Shown here: one piece after another, positions 26,884 through 36,188 of the stretch
Layout: every line of letters begins with the position of its first letter
How positions within the stretch are numbered: position 1 is the stretch's first letter
Source: a virus
IMG/VR virus record: IMGVR_UViG_3300005329_000012
Location: 1-64,000 of that record
DNA: 64,000 nucleotides
Direction: 5' to 3' (one strand)
Notes under the pieces: model-generated
What the model saw: the letters and a program-made list of their open reading frames with translations, nothing else
What the model was told of the DNA's origin: nothing
Databases searched by the model: none
Program-made: the position numbers and the translations under genes

Positions 26884-27038
26884 GTCTGCCAGTTTCGGCC
26901 TCCGTCCGTCACGTAAGGGGTAGACAAAGAGACCGCGACGGCGCAGCCGCACATCGAGGGTTCCAGGGCGAGTCCCCGGCATGACGATCAGGCGAAGCCT
27001 AGCGGTGAACGAGGGGCAACCGAGGAGAGAGGAGACAG

Positions 27039-27902
27039 ATGGCATTCGGATACGAGCGCGTCGGGCGCATCTTCCTCAACAACTCCATGGTCCTGAACGC
27101 GTACCTGTACACGACAGACGACCAGACCCTCGTCCCGCAGGCCAGCATCAGCGGCGTCAAGTTCACCGTCCTCAAGCCCACGGACGAGCCGGACACGCCG
27201 ACGGTCCTCGACGACGACGGCGACGTGGTCGCCGACGGCGCGGGCCAGTACGTGGTCAGCGCTGCCGTCAACGACACCGAGGGCGAGTACCGCGCCTTCG
27301 CGACCTTCACGTACGACGACGGGACCCTCACCGGCCTCACCAAGAGCGTCCCGGTCTTCTACGACGTCATCGACGTCTTCGAGCGCGCGGGCGAGAGCCC
27401 GCTCGACCCGGCCGTGGACATGGCCTGGCTCAAGCTGGAGGACTGCTTCGACTCCGAGTTCGGCGGCCCCTGGCTCCGCGACATGACCCTCCGCGTCTTC
27501 GACAAGACCAAGATCCGCGAGCTGGCCCCGTCGGTCATGCTCCAGATCAACTCGCAGATGCCCTTCACCGACTACACGATCGACGGCTACCCGTGGGCGT
27601 CCGGCGACTCCACCGCGCTGTTCGGCCAGGGGCTCCTGGTCGAGGCGATCCGGCACCTAATCCGCTCCTACACGGAGCAGCCGGACATCGTGTCGAGCCC
27701 GGTCGCGTTCATGGACCGCAAGCGGTACGCCGACGCCTGGAAAGCCGTCCTCGACATCGAGACGCCCCTCTGGGAGCGGTGGCTCACGCGCTACAAGCTG
27801 CGGAGCTACGACCTCACGCACGCGTCGCTCCTCCTCGGCTCGAAGGCCGGGCGCATGCTGCCCGCGCCGCTGCGGTCGAGGAACGTCGGCAGAGGCTACT
27901 AA
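27039..27902 (+). CDS. Head-to-tail adaptor/neck protein
   Basis: Position; EDCFDSEFGGPWL, MDRKRY..W. Confidence 0.65.
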   Translation: MAFGYERVGRIFLNNSMVLNAYLYTTDDQTLVPQASISGVKFTVLKPTDEPDTPTVLDDDGDVVADGAGQYVVSAAVNDTEGEYRAFATFTYDDGTLTGLTKSVPVFYDVIDVFERAGESPLDPAVDMAWLKLEDCFDSEFGGPWLRDMTLRVFDKTKIRELAPSVMLQINSQMPFTDYTIDGYPWASGDSTALFGQGLLVEAIRHLIRSYTEQPDIVSSPVAFMDRKRYADAWKAVLDIETPLWERWLTRYKLRSYDLTHASLLLGSKAGRMLPAPLRSRNVGRGY

Positions 27903-27908
27903 CCTCCC

Positions 27909-28619
27909 GTGTACATCAACTCTGTCAAGGAGGTCGGCCCCCCGTACACCCCGCAGGAGATCAAGCGCCTGCGCCGGGAGAACATGGACATGTGCCGCAA
28001 GATGGGCCAGCCGGTCGTGCTCCGGCACATGTGGAACGAGGCCGACGCCGACGCGGGCTTCGCCGAGCGGTGCCCGGCCTGCTTCGACGCCGCCTACGAC
28101 CAGCCCCGCAACGACTGCCCGGTCTGCTTCGGCTTCATGTTCGTGAGCGCCGAGAAGACGATCGACCCCGACGTGTACATCGACCGCAACGGCCAGCTCG
28201 TGACGACCCCGACGCCGCCCGCCGACTACGTGCGGGCGCCCAGGTACGGCGGCTTCGCCGAGAGCGTCCTCACCTGGCTCATGGAGCCGGACGTGGCCGT
28301 GGACGTCTTCCGCATCAGCGACCAGGGCACCATGATCAGGACCTACGACGCGACCGGCGTCGCGCCGTGGTTCCCGATGCTGTCGGACAACGACCTCTGC
28401 GTCAACGTGCAGCTCGCCGAGAACGACTACTCGATCATCGGCCAGGGCGACGACCGCTTCCAGCTCAAGATGGTCCAGCCGATCACCGTCCGCGGCTTCG
28501 GCAAGCGCGGCAGGCCCCCGGGCGCGGGCGGCCAGGCGTACCGCGTCGCCCAGAGCTTCCAGATGGCGAAGGCGCCCGCGAAGAACTCCCTCTACGACGT
28601 GCCCCTGGACGTGGCGTGA
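27909..28619 (+). CDS. Neck/head closure protein
   Basis: RCPAC...CPVCFG, position. Confidence 0.6.
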   Translation: MYINSVKEVGPPYTPQEIKRLRRENMDMCRKMGQPVVLRHMWNEADADAGFAERCPACFDAAYDQPRNDCPVCFGFMFVSAEKTIDPDVYIDRNGQLVTTPTPPADYVRAPRYGGFAESVLTWLMEPDVAVDVFRISDQGTMIRTYDATGVAPWFPMLSDNDLCVNVQLAENDYSIIGQGDDRFQLKMVQPITVRGFGKRGRPPGAGGQAYRVAQSFQMAKAPAKNSLYDVPLDVA

Positions 28620-29011
28620 GGGCCGCCGCCGCGGAGAGCCAGCGCAAGGTCAAGCGGCACGCCGTCCAGGCGGCGAACGCCCGCATGCGCTCGGAGGTCC
28701 TGGAGGACGCCCTGCGGTCGCTCCTGAAGAACGACGCGGCCACCGCCGACGGCGAGCTGGCGGGCGGCTGGAACCCGTGGGTGCTCGACGCGACCGACGG
28801 CTTCGGCGCCACCCTGCGCGTCGAGGACCCGATCGCCATGGAGGTCCTGAGGACCCCGGCGCTGCTCACGCGCGCGCGGGAGATCATGACGGAGGAGTTC
28901 GGCCGCGCGCTGTTCGAGTCCGACGAGACCGCGGGCTTCTACCAGGCGCTCCTGGAGGACATCGTCGAGCGCCCCGAGGGTGCCATCTACGTAGCGGAGA
29001 CGGTGCACTAG
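28616..29011 (+). CDS. Hypothetical protein (neck region)
   Basis: GTGA overlap; 3' part of ORF 26981..29011. Confidence 0.65.
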   Translation: MRAAAAESQRKVKRHAVQAANARMRSEVLEDALRSLLKNDAATADGELAGGWNPWVLDATDGFGATLRVEDPIAMEVLRTPALLTRAREIMTEEFGRALFESDETAGFYQALLEDIVERPEGAIYVAETVH

Positions 29012-29796
29012 TGGCGCTCAGGACCACCGACCTCGGCGTAGCGAGTCACAAGCGGCTCGTCTACCGCAACGTCGTCGCGGCCCTGAAGGCCGCGTTCGAC
29101 GGCAGCTACGACCGCGAGCGCCAGCTCGCCGGGATCAAGGTCACGCAGACGTACCCGAACAAGGAGCTGGACTTCCCGGCGATCGTCGTGGACTACCAGC
29201 CGCAGAAGGTCGTCGCCGCGGGCGTCGGCCACCTGGAGATCTTCCCGGACCCGCAGGGCAACCTCCGCAAGTGGAAGCACAGCCGCTTCGAGGGCTCGCT
29301 CGCGCTCCACATCTACGCCCTCTCGACGCTCGACCGCGACATCATCGAGGACGCGGTGGCCGAGCTGGTCAGGTTCGGCAGCCTGGACGACCAGCTGAAC
29401 AGGTTCTACGAGGTCGTCTACCCGTCGGACGAGGAGATGGAGGCCACGAAGGACGTCGAGGACGCCTACAGCTTCGGCCTGTTCGACCAGCTCATGCTCG
29501 ACTCCGACCAGCTGTTCGCCGTCGGCAACTCGGCCACGATCGCGCCGTGGAGCCCGGAGGACGTGCTCGTCTACGCGGGCGGCTGGACCGTCAACCTCCA
29601 CGGCGGCTACTACAACTGCTTCCCGCGCCACGACTGGTCCCTGGTGCGCCGCGTGGACATCCAGGCGTTCGAGGGCACGTTCGACTCGCCGCCCGTCGCG
29701 ACGGCGGCGTTCAGCTGGGACTCGGAGGACGAGGGCGCCGCGAGCGGCTCGGGCTACGCGTCCTCTGAGGAGTCGTATACCGACGCCAGCCCGTGA
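29011..29796 (+). CDS. Tail completion/terminator-like protein
   Basis: YP....FPAIVV, ALSTLDRD; immediately before sheath. Confidence 0.6.
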   Translation: MALRTTDLGVASHKRLVYRNVVAALKAAFDGSYDRERQLAGIKVTQTYPNKELDFPAIVVDYQPQKVVAAGVGHLEIFPDPQGNLRKWKHSRFEGSLALHIYALSTLDRDIIEDAVAELVRFGSLDDQLNRFYEVVYPSDEEMEATKDVEDAYSFGLFDQLMLDSDQLFAVGNSATIAPWSPEDVLVYAGGWTVNLHGGYYNCFPRHDWSLVRRVDIQAFEGTFDSPPVATAAFSWDSEDEGAASGSGYASSEESYTDASP

Positions 29797-29855
29797 TCGG
29801 GACTAAGAAACCGCGGGCTGCGGCCCGCTAAGATACGAGACCGCAAAGGAGCATC

Positions 29856-31895
29856 TTGGCCCTTCCCTACACAAAGCCCGGAGTCAGCATCAGCGAGGTC
29901 GTCTCGCCCCAGCTGGCGCCGGTTCTGCTCGATCCGAACGTCATCGCCATCGTCGGTCCCGGGCGGGGCTACGAGGAGCACGTCGAGGTCTTCGTTCTGG
30001 ACGACAACACGGCGGTCGCGCTCGCGGCCACGGGCGTCGACCCCTCCACCGTGGTAGTCCGCGACGCCGCGGACGTCACCCTCACCCCCTTCACCCCCTC
30101 CGTCTACGGCGTCACGCCCGGCGTGGACGTCCTGGCGGACTACGACGTCGACACGACCGCGCTGGCCACGACCGGCCTGGTGAAGGTCGTGCGCTCCATG
30201 CAGACGGCGATCGCCAACGGCGAGCGCGTCACGGTCTACTACGAGACGAGCGGCACGCCGACCCAGGCGGACGGCGAGACCGTCCAGTTCGCCCTCTCGG
30301 CCCTCGACTCCTTCACCTTCACCCAGGGCACCGTCTCGGGCATCCAGGACGGCACGATCTTCGTCGTCAGCGACGGCCTGCTCGTCAAGGCCACCGACTA
30401 CAACCTGGACGACCCCGACGACCCGACGACCCTCGTGTGGATCAACACGTCCGCGCGCTCGAAGAAGTACCAGACCGTCTGGCTCGACTTCTCCGTGACG
30501 GGCGGCGCGACCTACACGGACGTCGCCCTCCAGCTCAACAACCTGACGCCGGTCGCGCTCCCCGCGAGCGTCGTCGGCGCCTCGCTCGTGGTCAAGACCG
30601 CGCCCGGCAACGGCGCAGCGGCCCCGGCCTCGAACGCCGTCGCCTACGACCGCTCGACGACCGAGGAGGACGACTACACGATCACCGGCACGGGCGCCGC
30701 GACGGCCATCCGCCGCTCGCAGGGCTCGACCACGATCGGCGGCCAGAGCGACAGGCTCACGGTGCGCGTCTCCTACCGGGCGACGCCGACCGACTACTTC
30801 CTCCCGACGCGCTGCTTCTCGCAGAACGACGTCGAGCAGAAGTTCGGCCCGGCCTTCGACTCGGCTGGCAACGTCCAGAACCCGCTCGCGCTCGGCACGC
30901 TGTTCGCGTTCCAGAACGGCGCGACGCAGATCGTGGCCCAGGCCCTTTTCTCGGGCACGCTCGACTCCCCGGCCGCGCCCACGGGCGCCGTCGGCGACTG
31001 GTCGGTCTCGCTGGAGCGCCTGCGCTCCGTGCAGGACATCAGCGTGATCGTCCCGATCCTGGCCTCCGGCCTCTCGACCCAGCTGAGCGACTCGCTCGCC
31101 CTCTCGGTCTTCCAGGCGGTGCAGTCGCACCTGCGCTACATGGCGGCCCAGGAGAACCAGTTCATCGTCGCCGTGCTCGGCGAGGACGGCACGGACAGCG
31201 TGCTCGCCACCCCGGCCACCCTCCAGGCGCACGCCGAGGGGCTCGGGCAGGGCTTCAGCTCGGAGGCGGTCTCGCTCGTCTCCCCGAGCGTCTACACCTA
31301 CGCGAACCCGGTCACGGGCGCGACCAACGACATCGGCGGCCAGTACGTCGCCGCCGCGATCGCGGGCATGGCGGCCCGGTACCCGGTGCAGATGCCGCTC
31401 ACGCGCAAGCGCGTCAACGGCGTCACGTCGCTCAAGACGGTCCGCACCGAGACCCAGAAGGACCAGGACGCCCAGAGCGGCCTCATGGTCGTGGAGAACA
31501 AGCGCGGGCGCATCCAGGTCCGCCACTCCATCACCACCAACCAGGACACGCGCGCGCAGCAGGAGTTCTCGGTCGTCCGGGCCAAGTACTGGATGATGAA
31601 GAACCTCGTCGAGGCGCTCGACACGCAGGCCGTCGGCCAGCTGATCCTCGACGCGGAGAGCAACTTCCTCGTCCAGGTGCTCGTCTCGGCCGAGCTGGAG
31701 CTGCTCATCCAGCAGGGCGCGATCGTCTCCTACGACGGCGTGTCGGTCAGGCAGGACCCGTCCGACGCGACGGCCCTCCAGGTGCGGTTCTCGTACCTCC
31801 CGGCCTACCCGCTCAACCACATCAACATCAGCTTCTCGATCAGCGCCGCGCAGGGCGTCGAGTTCGAGCAGTCCACCGCGACGCAGGGCTTCTAA
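29856..31895 (+). CDS. Tail sheath protein
   Basis: YTKPGVSISE, AIVG, KFGPAFD, AAAIAG, EFSVVRA, YLPAYPLNHI; TTG start with SD aaggag. Confidence 0.9.
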   Translation: MALPYTKPGVSISEVVSPQLAPVLLDPNVIAIVGPGRGYEEHVEVFVLDDNTAVALAATGVDPSTVVVRDAADVTLTPFTPSVYGVTPGVDVLADYDVDTTALATTGLVKVVRSMQTAIANGERVTVYYETSGTPTQADGETVQFALSALDSFTFTQGTVSGIQDGTIFVVSDGLLVKATDYNLDDPDDPTTLVWINTSARSKKYQTVWLDFSVTGGATYTDVALQLNNLTPVALPASVVGASLVVKTAPGNGAAAPASNAVAYDRSTTEEDDYTITGTGAATAIRRSQGSTTIGGQSDRLTVRVSYRATPTDYFLPTRCFSQNDVEQKFGPAFDSAGNVQNPLALGTLFAFQNGATQIVAQALFSGTLDSPAAPTGAVGDWSVSLERLRSVQDISVIVPILASGLSTQLSDSLALSVFQAVQSHLRYMAAQENQFIVAVLGEDGTDSVLATPATLQAHAEGLGQGFSSEAVSLVSPSVYTYANPVTGATNDIGGQYVAAAIAGMAARYPVQMPLTRKRVNGVTSLKTVRTETQKDQDAQSGLMVVENKRGRIQVRHSITTNQDTRAQQEFSVVRAKYWMMKNLVEALDTQAVGQLILDAESNFLVQVLVSAELELLIQQGAIVSYDGVSVRQDPSDATALQVRFSYLPAYPLNHINISFSISAAQGVEFEQSTATQGF

Positions 31896-31906
31896 GGGGC
31901 TAACGA

Positions 31907-32482
31907 ATGGCAACCAGCACCACCGCACTCGACACACTCCCCCGGCAGTTCCGCGTCGGCGGCTCCGGCTTCACGGCCTTCCAGTGGAAGGGCCACGTGA
32001 TCGGGTTCGCCCAGAGCGTCCAGCACACGGCGCCGCAGCCCGTCGCCCCGCCGTCGCCGGTCCAGCCGCTCGACCAGCAGTACCCGATGCAGATCCTCGT
32101 CCCGGCCGCCATCGGCGCCGGAACGCTCCGCGTCCAGCTGTTCGAGATGTACAACAAGAAGGTCTGGGACCAGATCATGAAGATCACGGACACCCTCGAC
32201 CCCTCGACGGCTGGCGTCAAGGACGTCTACAACGACCTCTCGGAGATCTTCCTGCGCCTCAGCGCGCTGGCCTCGCCGGTCACGTGCACCAAGATCGTCT
32301 ACCCGCCCGGCACGGGCGTGCGCGGAGGCCCCGGCGTCCGCCACTACGCCGACGTGTACTTCAACTGCATGATCACCGACGTCCGCGACGACGAGACGAT
32401 CGAGATCGGCACCATGGAGGTCATCAAGAACATGACCATCATGTACACGCACTCCAGGCGCATCTTCGACAACAACGCCTAG
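31907..32482 (+). CDS. Tail tube protein
   Basis: RVGGSGFT, follows sheath, about 190 aa. Confidence 0.8.
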   Translation: MATSTTALDTLPRQFRVGGSGFTAFQWKGHVIGFAQSVQHTAPQPVAPPSPVQPLDQQYPMQILVPAAIGAGTLRVQLFEMYNKKVWDQIMKITDTLDPSTAGVKDVYNDLSEIFLRLSALASPVTCTKIVYPPGTGVRGGPGVRHYADVYFNCMITDVRDDETIEIGTMEVIKNMTIMYTHSRRIFDNNA

Positions 32483-32507
32483 CAGGCGCATTACACCCCC
32501 GCCGCTG

Positions 32508-32535
32508 CGAGGCCCCTCACGGGGCCTCGTTCATT
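32508..32535 (+). terminator. Intrinsic terminator after tail tube
   Basis: cgaggcccc-tcac-ggggcctcg then ttcatt. Confidence 0.7.
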
Positions 32536-32550
32536 CGAATAAGGGGTGTG

Positions 32551-33054
32551 ATGACTACAGCACCCGAAGCAGACCAGGACTACGGGGCCGCCGAGGGTCC
32601 GCCCGGGTTCGAGTTCGGCCACGACGGGACGGGCGCCCCGGTGCTCAACGCCGTCGAGGCCGACAGGTTCCCGGACCGCTCGCAGGAGGCCGTCAGCGGG
32701 CTCCTCTGGCTCGGCTACCTCACGGAGGAGGCCCACCTGTTCGGGCACTCCTTCACGCTCAAGACGCTCACGCGCGGCGACCGCCTCTCCGTCTCCCTGA
32801 TCACCAAGGAGTGGGACGAGACGCTCGGCATGAACGACGCCTACCAGGCGGCGGTCGTGGCCGCCAGCCTGCTCGCGTACGACGGCAAGCCCGTCGCCGA
32901 CCTCGACAAGCGGGCCGACCGGCAGCAGCAGATCCGCGCGACGTTCGACGTCGTGCGCGGCTGGTACGACCCCGTGCTGGAGGCCCTGTACGAGCGGGCC
33001 GTCCTGCTCAACAACCGCCAGGCCGCGGCCTTCGTAGCCCTCCAGGGAAAATAG
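32551..33054 (+). CDS. Tail assembly chaperone (G-like)
   Basis: GLLWLGYL...FGHSF.LKTL; between tube and tape measure. Confidence 0.8.
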   Translation: MTTAPEADQDYGAAEGPPGFEFGHDGTGAPVLNAVEADRFPDRSQEAVSGLLWLGYLTEEAHLFGHSFTLKTLTRGDRLSVSLITKEWDETLGMNDAYQAAVVAASLLAYDGKPVADLDKRADRQQQIRATFDVVRGWYDPVLEALYERAVLLNNRQAAAFVALQGK

Positions 33055-33090
33055 ACGGCGGCTCAGAGAGCGCCCTCGCTCTTTGCCGCC
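33045..33090 (+). other. Programmed -1 ribosomal frameshift site with downstream stem-loop
   Basis: G GGA AAA at 33045-33051 before TAG; hairpin 33057-33090; -1 frame open to 33413. Confidence 0.85.
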
Positions 33091-33413
33091 TAGCGTTCGA
33101 GCAGGGGGTTCTCGTCGGCGACCTCAACGAGGTCCAGCAGCTCGCGCTCGTCGCCGTCCTCAGCAGGCAGGGCGAGGAGAGGTTCGAGGAGCGTTGGCGC
33201 GACTTCATCATGAGCGCGATCGCGGCGCACCCGGAGAACGCGCGCAGGTACGTCAGGCTCCTGGGCGGCGAGCCCGAGGCCGAGGGCGAGTTCGCGCCCG
33301 AGCTGACCGACGACGAGATGCAGGAGTACGTGCCGCTCCAGGAGCGCGAGGACTTCGCCGAGACGATGCGCGACCTGTCGAAGTTCGGCTTCGCCGTCGT
33401 GGACGACGACTAG
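33051..33413 (+). CDS. Tail assembly chaperone frameshift extension (T-like)
   Basis: -1 frame IDGGSESALAL...VVDDD. Confidence 0.8.
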   Translation: MDGGSESALALCRLAFEQGVLVGDLNEVQQLALVAVLSRQGEERFEERWRDFIMSAIAAHPENARRYVRLLGGEPEAEGEFAPELTDDEMQEYVPLQEREDFAETMRDLSKFGFAVVDDD

Positions 33414-33961
33414 ACGGCGCCGTGTTCGCGGTCGTAGAGCCCGCGGGCGGCGTGCGCCCTGGTCGGCGAGGTCGAGACGGTGGCGCCGCGGCTCGCCGGG
33501 CGGACGGTCGTCTTCCTGACCGGCGCCTTTCGCTCCGGCCTGAGACGGGGAGGCCCGACCGGAGCCGGGGGTCCGGTCCTGGCGGGCGGCCTGGTCGGCG
33601 CGGGGCCGTGGGCGACGGGCTGGTAGCCGCCGCGCTTGGGCATGGGCACCGGCATGAGCGCGCGGCCCTCGCTCTGGAGCTTCGGGCGCGGCCGGTTGTA
33701 CGGGCGCCAGATCCAGCCCATGATGCCCAGGCAGACGGCGCCCCAGGCGACCGCGATCGGCGGCGCCGCGAGCGTGACGAGCCAGCTAACCACGACCGGC
33801 ACGGAGGCGGCGACCCGCCACAGGACCGGGAGCGCGCGGCGCTTCGGCTCGGCGGGCTCGGGGGCGGCCACCTTCGTCATGACGAGCGTCGGCTGCTCGC
33901 GCTCGCGCTTGCGGGCGATGTACTCCTCGTAGGAGTCGAGCGGGCGGTGGTAGTCCTCCAT
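33410..33961 (-). CDS. Membrane protein inserted antisense in tail operon
   Basis: Two TM segments, Pro/Arg-rich tail; leaderless after CATAAT. Confidence 0.7.
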   Translation of the reverse strand: MEDYHRPLDSYEEYIARKREREQPTLVMTKVAAPEPAEPKRRALPVLWRVAASVPVVVSWLVTLAAPPIAVAWGAVCLGIMGWIWRPYNRPRPKLQSEGRALMPVPMPKRGGYQPVAHGPAPTRPPARTGPPAPVGPPRLRPERKAPVRKTTVRPASRGATVSTSPTRAHAARGLYDREHGAV

Positions 33962-34045
33962 GCACTCATTATGCCCCGCGGGGCGGGCGAACGGGGGATA
34001 GAGCGACCTGTCCAAAGGACTAGATCAAGCCTGTAAGGGGTGACG

Positions 34046-36187
34046 ATGGCGCCGGACGACAACAGGATCCAGATCGACCTCAAGCTGCTCCAGGACAAGA
34101 ACCTGGAGCTGCTCAGGGACTTCTCGGACAAGTTCGAGCAGTCCGTCACCAACCTGGTGAAGCGGATCGACGACCTGGAGGCGGGTCGCAAGCCGACGAC
34201 GACGGGCGCCGCGGGCCAGCTGAGCGGGCGCCAGTCCGACGCGCGCGACGTCGGCGAGGCGATGGAGAGCGGCACCACCAGGGGCCTCTGGCGCCCGGGC
34301 ATGCCGGTCAACAGCGCGTGGGAGTTCGCGGCCCTCCCGGCGGCCCAGCGTTGGGAGCTGGAGCGCCAGGCGCAGCGGTACGGCGGGCCTCCCGGCTCGG
34401 TCCCCGGCGGCCCGTCCGGCCCCCTCGGCCCGCAGCCGAACCCGCAGGCGAGCGTGGCCCCGCGGCCGGGCATCGGCGGCGCGCGGTACGGCTTCGACAC
34501 GCCGGACATGAACGACTACGAGCGCGCGAGCTTCCGCCTCGGCCAGGTCGGCGAGGGCGGCCTCGCGACGACTCGGTACATGTCGCACCTGTTCCAGCGC
34601 ATGGGCCAGAGCGGCAGGCTCGGCTTCCGCGGCCAGATGGTGCAGAACCCGGAGACGGGCGAGCTGGAGTTCGGCGAGGACACGAACACCCTCGGCCGCG
34701 CGATGACCCGCTTCGGCGGTCGCGTCGGCCAGGCGGCCCTCATCGGCACGTACGGGATGCAGTCGCTCCAGACCGCGCAGGGCATGGTCCCGATGCTCGG
34801 CGACCTCATGCCGGGCCAGATGGGCGAGCTGGCCGGTTACGGCACGGAGGTCGGCCGGAGCCGCGCGGGCCTCCTCGGGACGCCCTACCTGAGCCCGGCG
34901 TGGCGCACCGGCCTCTCGGCGCAGTACGAGGCGTTCCGCCGGTCGCGCTGGGGCAGCTTCAACTGGAACCCGCTCAAGGGCTTCGGCCTCATCTCCGACC
35001 CGAACTACTCGCGCCAGCAGGCCGAGGAGGCGCTGAACATCACCAACCAGTTCGGCTGGACCGGCGGGCAGCAGGACCGCGCCCTCGACATGATGCAGCA
35101 CTACACCAGGCGGTACGGCGGCGCGATCCCGCAGGAGACGATCATGCGCCTGATGGAGCCGGTCCTCAGGTACGGGACGTCGTCGCAGACGGAGGTCGCC
35201 AACTCCCTCGACCAGATGGCCGAGGCGGCCAAGAGCGCCCACATGAGCCTGACCGAGTTCTCGCAGCGCGCCACCGCGGCGGCCGAGGAGCTTTCGACCG
35301 CCCTCGGCATCAGCGGCCCGGCCGCGCTGAACCAGGTGTCGGCCTACGTCGGGGCGACCGGCCAGACACCGGAGAACGCCGCCGCCGTGCTCGGCAACAC
35401 GCGCAACCTCGTCATCGGCGCCGCCATGAGCGGCAAGGGCCTCTACGCCACGGCCCACAGCGGCCCCGGCGCGCTCGTGCAGGCCCAGAACGCGATCCTC
35501 GGCCCGCTCGCCGACCCGAACCACTGGCGCGGCATGAACAAGGCCGAGCGGGCGCAGGCGATGGAGCAGCTCCAGATCTACTACATGAGCGACCCGTCGC
35601 TGCTGGGCGGCAAGACGCCCGACCAGTTCGTGCGGCAGATCAACCTCCAGCAGGAGACCGGCGTCACCGAGGCGCAGGGCTCGCAGGCCCGGTGGCTCAT
35701 CGACCAGGGGCGGGCGTTCAGCGGCCCCGACTTCGCGCTGAGCGGCGACCGGATGCAGAGCATCCTCAGGATGGGCGGCGCGTCCGCCAACGACATCCAG
35801 GGCTTCATGGAGGCCGCGCGGACCGGCCACACCGGCAACGCCAAGATCAGCGGGCTCATCAAGGACCTCGACCTCGGCGAGGTCAGCGGCAAGCGCGAGA
35901 TCAGCCTCCTCGCGAAGCGCCTGCTCGGCGCCAACGTCGAGGCGGCCGGGAAGGACGCCAACAACAGGACCCGCGTGGACATCAAGGTCGCGCCGCCGTA
36001 CGACGAGATCTTCAAGGCGCTCGTCAACGGCGACGACGCGTCCAGCCGCAACTCGCGCAAGGGCTTCGGCCGCGCGGCGTCGGGCGCGGGCGACATGCTC
36101 CTCGACCTCGGCAAGGGCCTCGGCCCGATGGGCCTCCCGGTGGACGCGGCTGGCCTGGCGGCGAAGGGCCTGGGCTCGATCTTCTAG
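34046..36187 (+). CDS. Tape measure protein
   Basis: Follows chaperones; A/G/Q-rich helical; start could be GTG 34040. Confidence 0.75.
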   Translation: MAPDDNRIQIDLKLLQDKNLELLRDFSDKFEQSVTNLVKRIDDLEAGRKPTTTGAAGQLSGRQSDARDVGEAMESGTTRGLWRPGMPVNSAWEFAALPAAQRWELERQAQRYGGPPGSVPGGPSGPLGPQPNPQASVAPRPGIGGARYGFDTPDMNDYERASFRLGQVGEGGLATTRYMSHLFQRMGQSGRLGFRGQMVQNPETGELEFGEDTNTLGRAMTRFGGRVGQAALIGTYGMQSLQTAQGMVPMLGDLMPGQMGELAGYGTEVGRSRAGLLGTPYLSPAWRTGLSAQYEAFRRSRWGSFNWNPLKGFGLISDPNYSRQQAEEALNITNQFGWTGGQQDRALDMMQHYTRRYGGAIPQETIMRLMEPVLRYGTSSQTEVANSLDQMAEAAKSAHMSLTEFSQRATAAAEELSTALGISGPAALNQVSAYVGATGQTPENAAAVLGNTRNLVIGAAMSGKGLYATAHSGPGALVQAQNAILGPLADPNHWRGMNKAERAQAMEQLQIYYMSDPSLLGGKTPDQFVRQINLQQETGVTEAQGSQARWLIDQGRAFSGPDFALSGDRMQSILRMGGASANDIQGFMEAARTGHTGNAKISGLIKDLDLGEVSGKREISLLAKRLLGANVEAAGKDANNRTRVDIKVAPPYDEIFKALVNGDDASSRNSRKGFGRAASGAGDMLLDLGKGLGPMGLPVDAAGLAAKGLGSIF

Positions 36188-36188
36188 C

